A stretch of DNA of 64,000 bases. Source: Gemmatimonadales bacterium (GTDB lineage Bacteria > Gemmatimonadota > Gemmatimonadetes > Gemmatimonadales > GWC2-71-9). The position numbers were made by a program, and so were the translations under genes. The notes beneath the pieces are model-generated. The model had not been told where the DNA came from. It ran no database searches and saw nothing but the letters and a program-made list of their open reading frames with translations. Within the stretch, counting starts at the first letter, position 1. Every line of letters starts with the position of its first letter. Below, one piece after another: positions 59,751 through 64,000 of the stretch. The stretch lies in the NCBI GenBank assembly GCA_041577295.1, contig JBFGJG010000001.1:128001-192000 (forward strand), written 5' to 3'.

Positions 59751-61427
59751 TTACGACATCTCCCGTATGGCCCGGCCCACCGCGTTGCGCACCAACGGAT
59801 CCTTATCCTGTGCAGCCGCGTTGAGAATGTCCTTCGCCTCGGGCGTGCCAATCTTGCCAAGCGCCATCGCGGCGCACGCCCGCGTCTCGGGGTCTTCTTT
59901 CCGCTTGATGAAACCCTTCGCTTTGAGCATCGACTGCAGCTTCTTGATCGCGGACGGACCCGCCAGGGTGCCGTAGGCTTCGAAGAACGCCGTCTTCTCA
60001 GTGAGGTCGGCCTGCCGTAGGCTGTTCCCGGTAATGATCGACTCAATCTTGCTGAAGCCACCGCGGTAGCCCCGGTTGGCGAACGCGCGAACCGCACCGA
60101 CCCGCACATCCCGATCCTCATCCTCTACGGCGACCTCGAGTTCCTTGAGGGCTCCGGGGGAACCGATGGCAGCCAAGGCGGTGACGGCGGCGCGCCGAAT
60201 CGCCGGAATTTCCCGCTTGAGCGCTCCTCCCAACGCCGGCACGACCGGCGGCAGCTTGACGTGTCCCACCACGCGGATCGCCTCGAGCACCACCGCTTCG
60301 TCGTTGGATGCGATCGCGCCCGCGAGGCGATCCGGATGCGCCGCAGCCAAACGCCTCGTGGAGTTCCCCAGGAGCTCCCGTACCCGTTGATTCGTGAGCC
60401 GAGGCAACCACGACAGAAGCGTCTCCAACGCCTCCGGCCGAAGTTCGCGAAAGAGCTCACCTAGCTCCTCTTCGGTGGGGTGGACGTGCGCTTCATCGAG
60501 TGACTGGAGCAGCTGTGCCAAGGTGTCCGACTGTGAGAGCTTGGCCGGCAGCTCTTCGAGCGTTTCCCGGTGCTCGTCCAACAACTCTCGAGCACGTTGA
60601 CGCACCGCGCGAACCTCGCGCAGTACGTACGCAACCGACTGAAAGTCGCCAGCGGCGAGCAGGTACGGGATGAAATTCTCGACGATTGAGATCAGCTCGG
60701 CTCGTACTGTGGCGTACGTCTGGAGCTCGAGCAAATCGAAGAGCATCGCGAGGACGTTGCCGCGCAGGTTCTGCGCGTACTCGCGATCGACCTCGCTCTT
60801 CAGATACTTGATCTCCTTAGGGTCGAGGAAGTAGAGCGTGGAGTCGAATTCCTCGATATCCACCAGCCCGGGCGGGCGTTGTGGCTCGGGTTGCTCCTCC
60901 ACCTCACGCCGTATCTCCGCCACCGTCGCTGCTGGCGGCTCCTTGGTGGATGCCTCAATGGGATGGTGGTCGGCGCTGGTGAGGTCGACGTAGTCATACC
61001 GCACCGATTCCAGATTCGCTTCCCACAGCAGCGTCAGGAGATCGTCGTTCGACTCGGGTGGGAGGTGACGCGCCTTATTGACAACCTCGAGGAACCGGAC
61101 GATCTCACCGTCCTCGACCCCTGGCATGAGCGTGAGCGACCGGATTCCGTCTTTGTAGAGAACCCAGGCCAGGCTCTCGGACTTCGGCTGGGACAACACC
61201 GCGGCGCCATCCCACCGGAACTCCGTTTCCGCCACCTCCAGCTCCAGTTCGGCGCACTCGTCCCAAACCGGAGCGAACGCCGTAGTGACGTTGGCGAGGG
61301 CCCTCTGATAGACGGGGTTGTTCGGGAGATAGAGCTGAATCGCCCGCAAGCCCTTCGTAAACACCTGAAGGAGGTTCTCGACGGCCGCCGTTTCCTGTGG
61401 GGTGTTCGTCGTAGTCGATTCGGTCAC
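59751..61427 (-). CDS. HEAT-repeat protein with an uncharacterised N-terminal domain
   Basis: C-terminal PBS-lyase/HEAT repeats ([34 protein letters not shown]). Confidence 0.85.
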   Translation of the reverse strand: MTESTTTNTPQETAAVENLLQVFTKGLRAIQLYLPNNPVYQRALANVTTAFAPVWDECAELELEVAETEFRWDGAAVLSQPKSESLAWVLYKDGIRSLTLMPGVEDGEIVRFLEVVNKARHLPPESNDDLLTLLWEANLESVRYDYVDLTSADHHPIEASTKEPPAATVAEIRREVEEQPEPQRPPGLVDIEEFDSTLYFLDPKEIKYLKSEVDREYAQNLRGNVLAMLFDLLELQTYATVRAELISIVENFIPYLLAAGDFQSVAYVLREVRAVRQRARELLDEHRETLEELPAKLSQSDTLAQLLQSLDEAHVHPTEEELGELFRELRPEALETLLSWLPRLTNQRVRELLGNSTRRLAAAHPDRLAGAIASNDEAVVLEAIRVVGHVKLPPVVPALGGALKREIPAIRRAAVTALAAIGSPGALKELEVAVEDEDRDVRVGAVRAFANRGYRGGFSKIESIITGNSLRQADLTEKTAFFEAYGTLAGPSAIKKLQSMLKAKGFIKRKEDPETRACAAMALGKIGTPEAKDILNAAAQDKDPLVRNAVGRAIREMS

Positions 61428-62620
61428 TCAGCTTTCCCCGTGAGCGCCGCGATGTGGGCCACATCCTTGTCACCGCGGCCGCTCACGTTGACCACGATGA
61501 CGTCACCTTCGAGCGAGCCGGATGGCTCGAGCAACCATGCCACCGCGTGTGCGCTCTCCAACGCGGGCAGGATGCCCTCCAGTCGCGCGAGCGTCGCGAA
61601 GGCTTCGAGCGCAGCGCTGTCCGAGACAGATTCGTACCGCACTCGACCCGTTTCGCGTAGATACGCATGTTCGGGACCGACCGCAGGGTAGTCAAGCCCC
61701 GCAGACACCGAATGCGCCGGTTCAACCTGCCCGTCAGCATCTTGGAGCAGGTAGGTGTAGCACCCGTGCAAGACGCCCGGCCGGCCCCGCGCCAATGAGG
61801 CGGCGTGGCGGCCCGGACCGGGACCCTCACCTCCGGCCTCGACCCCAACCAGCGCCACCGAGGGGTCCTCGAGAAACGCGCGGAAGATCCCAATGGCGTT
61901 GGACCCGCCCCCGACGCAGGCAACCACCATGTCCGGGGCCCCACCGGTCCTCTCCGCCACCTGGGTCCGGGTCTCGCAGCCGATCACGCTCTGAAAATCC
62001 CCCACCATTCTAGGAAAAGGATCCGGACCGACTGCGGAACCGATCACATAATGTGTGGTCGGAACCGTCGTGACCCAGTCCCGGAGGGCCTCGTTGGTCG
62101 CATCCTTGAGGGTCCGGCGCCCGGCTGTGACCGGAACCACACGGGCACCTAACAGCTCCATGCGAAACACGTTGAGCCGTTGGCGCTCCATGTCGGCGGA
62201 CCCCATATAGACAACACACTCGAGCCCCAGGTGAGCGCACGCGGTGGCGGTCGCCACACCGTGCTGACCTGCCCCAGTTTCGGCAATGACGCGTCGCTTG
62301 CCGATCCGACGAGCCAGCAACGCCTGGCCAAGCGTGTTGTTGATCTTGTGGGCACCGGTGTGCGCCAGATCCTCTCGCTTGAGCAGGACCCGAGCGCCCA
62401 ATCGTTCCGACAGCCGTGGGGCCTCCGAAAGCGGGGTCGGTCGCCCCGCGAACGTCCGGAGAAGCTCTCCCAGCTCGGCTCGAAAAGCGGGATCGTGTGC
62501 GGCCTCGTCGTACGCGTGAGCTAACTCATCCAGCGCCGGGATGAGGGTCTCGGGCACGTAACGACCGCCAAACGGCCCGAACCGGCCGCCTTTCACGGCG
62601 GGTGACGCAATGGCGGTCAC
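61424..62620 (-). CDS. trpB: Tryptophan synthase beta chain
   Basis: [49 protein letters not shown]. Confidence 0.96.
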   Translation of the reverse strand: MTAIASPAVKGGRFGPFGGRYVPETLIPALDELAHAYDEAAHDPAFRAELGELLRTFAGRPTPLSEAPRLSERLGARVLLKREDLAHTGAHKINNTLGQALLARRIGKRRVIAETGAGQHGVATATACAHLGLECVVYMGSADMERQRLNVFRMELLGARVVPVTAGRRTLKDATNEALRDWVTTVPTTHYVIGSAVGPDPFPRMVGDFQSVIGCETRTQVAERTGGAPDMVVACVGGGSNAIGIFRAFLEDPSVALVGVEAGGEGPGPGRHAASLARGRPGVLHGCYTYLLQDADGQVEPAHSVSAGLDYPAVGPEHAYLRETGRVRYESVSDSAALEAFATLARLEGILPALESAHAVAWLLEPSGSLEGDVIVVNVSGRGDKDVAHIAALTGKAE

Positions 62621-63426
62621 GCGCTGACGTTTCGCCGCGACCGGCCATGGCGCGGCACGCCCGACAGCAGGCGGACTGCCCGCTCGGGATGAGGCGCCCT
62701 GGACAGCACCGTGCCGATCAGCACGGCATCCGCTCCCCACCCGGCCACGCGTTCGACGTCCGCTCGCCCGGCGAGTCCGCTTTCCGCCACGGCGACGATG
62801 TCCGCCGGCACTTGTGGAAGGAGTCGATGGTGGGTGACCGGGTGCACCACGAGGGACGCGAGATCGCGGCTGTTGATGCCAACGGTTTGGGGCTCGAGTG
62901 ACAAGGCAATGCGAAGCTCTCGTTCGTCATGCACCTCAATGAGCTGCCCGAGGCCCAGCTCCCGGGCCACGCCTACCAACTCGCCGAGACGGGATTCCGT
63001 GAGCGCACGGACAATCAGCAGTATGGCGCTCGCGCCCACCGCGCGGGCCTCGACGATCTGGACTGGATCGAGAATGAAATCCTTTCGCAGGACCGGTAGC
63101 GATGCGCCTGCGCGCACGGCGATGATGTCTTGGACGGAGCCGCCAAAGTGATGCCGTTCGGTGAGCACCGAGATCGCACGCGCTCCCCCAGCAGCATACG
63201 CCGTCGCCTGCTGGCGTGGGTCGAGCGTCTCGGCGATCACCCCCTGCGACGGCGAGCGTCGCTTGACCTCCGCTATCACTGCGACCTCTTCGCCCGCGAA
63301 TGCGCTCAGCCACGGCACGGGTGCCGGGGCCTCCCGGGCCGCCCGTTCCAGTATCGAGCGGCGGGTGCGCAGCTGCTCCACAACTTGACGCGTTTCCTCT
63401 AGAATCGCGCTCAACCCAGCCGTCAT
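62617..63426 (-). CDS. trpC: Indole-3-glycerol phosphate synthase
   Basis: [34 protein letters not shown]. Confidence 0.95.
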   Translation of the reverse strand: MTAGLSAILEETRQVVEQLRTRRSILERAAREAPAPVPWLSAFAGEEVAVIAEVKRRSPSQGVIAETLDPRQQATAYAAGGARAISVLTERHHFGGSVQDIIAVRAGASLPVLRKDFILDPVQIVEARAVGASAILLIVRALTESRLGELVGVARELGLGQLIEVHDERELRIALSLEPQTVGINSRDLASLVVHPVTHHRLLPQVPADIVAVAESGLAGRADVERVAGWGADAVLIGTVLSRAPHPERAVRLLSGVPRHGRSRRNVSA

Positions 63427-63435
63427 TCCAGTCCC

Positions 63436-63483
63436 TTGCGCTTCGGTCTGTATTCGGGTATTTTCACTTCGGAGTTCTTTCGG
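63436..63483 (+). promoter_or_regulatory. lexA promoter with two TTCGG-N6-TTCGG direct-repeat boxes (candidate SOS boxes)
   Basis: TTGCGC-N17-TATTTT; TTCGG at 63442, 63453, 63468 and 63479. Confidence 0.6.
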
Positions 63484-63502
63484 TTTCCTCGGAGCGTGGC
63501 CA

Positions 63503-64000
63503 ATGCCGCTGACGCGCAGACAAAAACAGATTCTGGATTACCTGCAAAGCTACATTCAGGATCAGGGCTTCGCGCCGTCCTTCGAGGAGATCGCGGAGCA
63601 TTTTTCCTTCGCCTCGCTCGCCACCGTGCATGAGCATCTCACCAATCTCCAGCGAAAAGGCTACATCCGGCGTGGCTACAACGAGAGCCGCTCCATAGAG
63701 CTCGTCCCACCCGCGGGCCAGTCCGGAGCCACGGAGCTTCCGTTGCTGGGAGAGGTGGCGGCCGGTGAACCGATCGAGGCGGTCACGTCACCAGAGACCA
63801 TTGCGGTCCCGAACGATCTGATCCCACGGCGCGGCAGCGCCTATGTGCTGCGCGTGCGGGGGAATTCAATGATCGACGAGCATATCCAAGACGGTGATTG
63901 TGTCGTGGTGCAGGGACGCGATTCCGCCAACAACGGTGAGATGGTGATCGCTTTGGTCGATGGGACTTCGGCCACCGTCAAGCGCCTGTTTCGCGAAGCT
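63503..64000 (+). CDS. lexA: Transcriptional repressor LexA (3' truncated by window edge)
   Basis: MPLTRRQKQILDYL...PSFEEIA wHTH domain, VAAGEP (Ala-Gly cleavage site), GNSM (Ser), TVKR (Lys). Not present in the ORF track. Confidence 0.95.
   Translation, partial: MPLTRRQKQILDYLQSYIQDQGFAPSFEEIAEHFSFASLATVHEHLTNLQRKGYIRRGYNESRSIELVPPAGQSGATELPLLGEVAAGEPIEAVTSPETIAVPNDLIPRRGSAYVLRVRGNSMIDEHIQDGDCVVVQGRDSANNGEMVIALVDGTSATVKRLFREA

Noticed and set aside
1..64000. CRISPR arrays, IS elements, integrases, prophage or defence genes
   Set aside because: No repeat-spacer periodicity and no transposase, integrase or phage motifs were seen; nearly all of the sequence is explained by housekeeping or metabolic genes.

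Overview
GC-rich bacterial chromosomal window. The gene content suggests Gemmatimonadota, but this is an inference. No tRNA, rRNA, CRISPR array or mobile element was seen. From left to right: (i) a CoA-dependent aromatic catabolic operon built around a short BoxB-like di-iron epoxidase; (ii) a DASS transporter, a bacterial vasohibin-like Cys protease and a D-amino-acid aminotransferase; (iii) rpmA-rplU-rne/rng, an acyl-CoA dehydrogenase and the nfeD-floA-yqfB-like operon; (iv) a candidate sRNA, then the most striking region (about 18-26.5 kb): chaC, a degenerate acyl-CoA-synthetase-fold protein, a tetraether-synthase (Tes/GDGT-MAS)-like radical SAM enzyme, two B12-binding radical SAM enzymes and a PlsC-type acyltransferase, together a candidate membrane-spanning or branched tetraether lipid cluster; (v) a long minus-strand run: aspS (interrupted by one in-frame TAG), phoH, 7TM-HD, ybeY, two CNNM/CorC genes, mgtE, meaB, an isobutyryl-CoA-mutase-like pair, a GGQ-less aeRF1-family protein, a carboxyltransferase, a TPPII-like S8 lipoprotein, split atuA, recQ and an NCS2 permease; (vi) a porV-like gene and rlmN; (vii) a trpC-trpB-[HEAT, HD-GYP]-trpA-MCP-folB-folK-yqeK operon; (viii) divergent lexA with a candidate direct-repeat operator. 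All calls come from motif recognition by eye; no searches were run.
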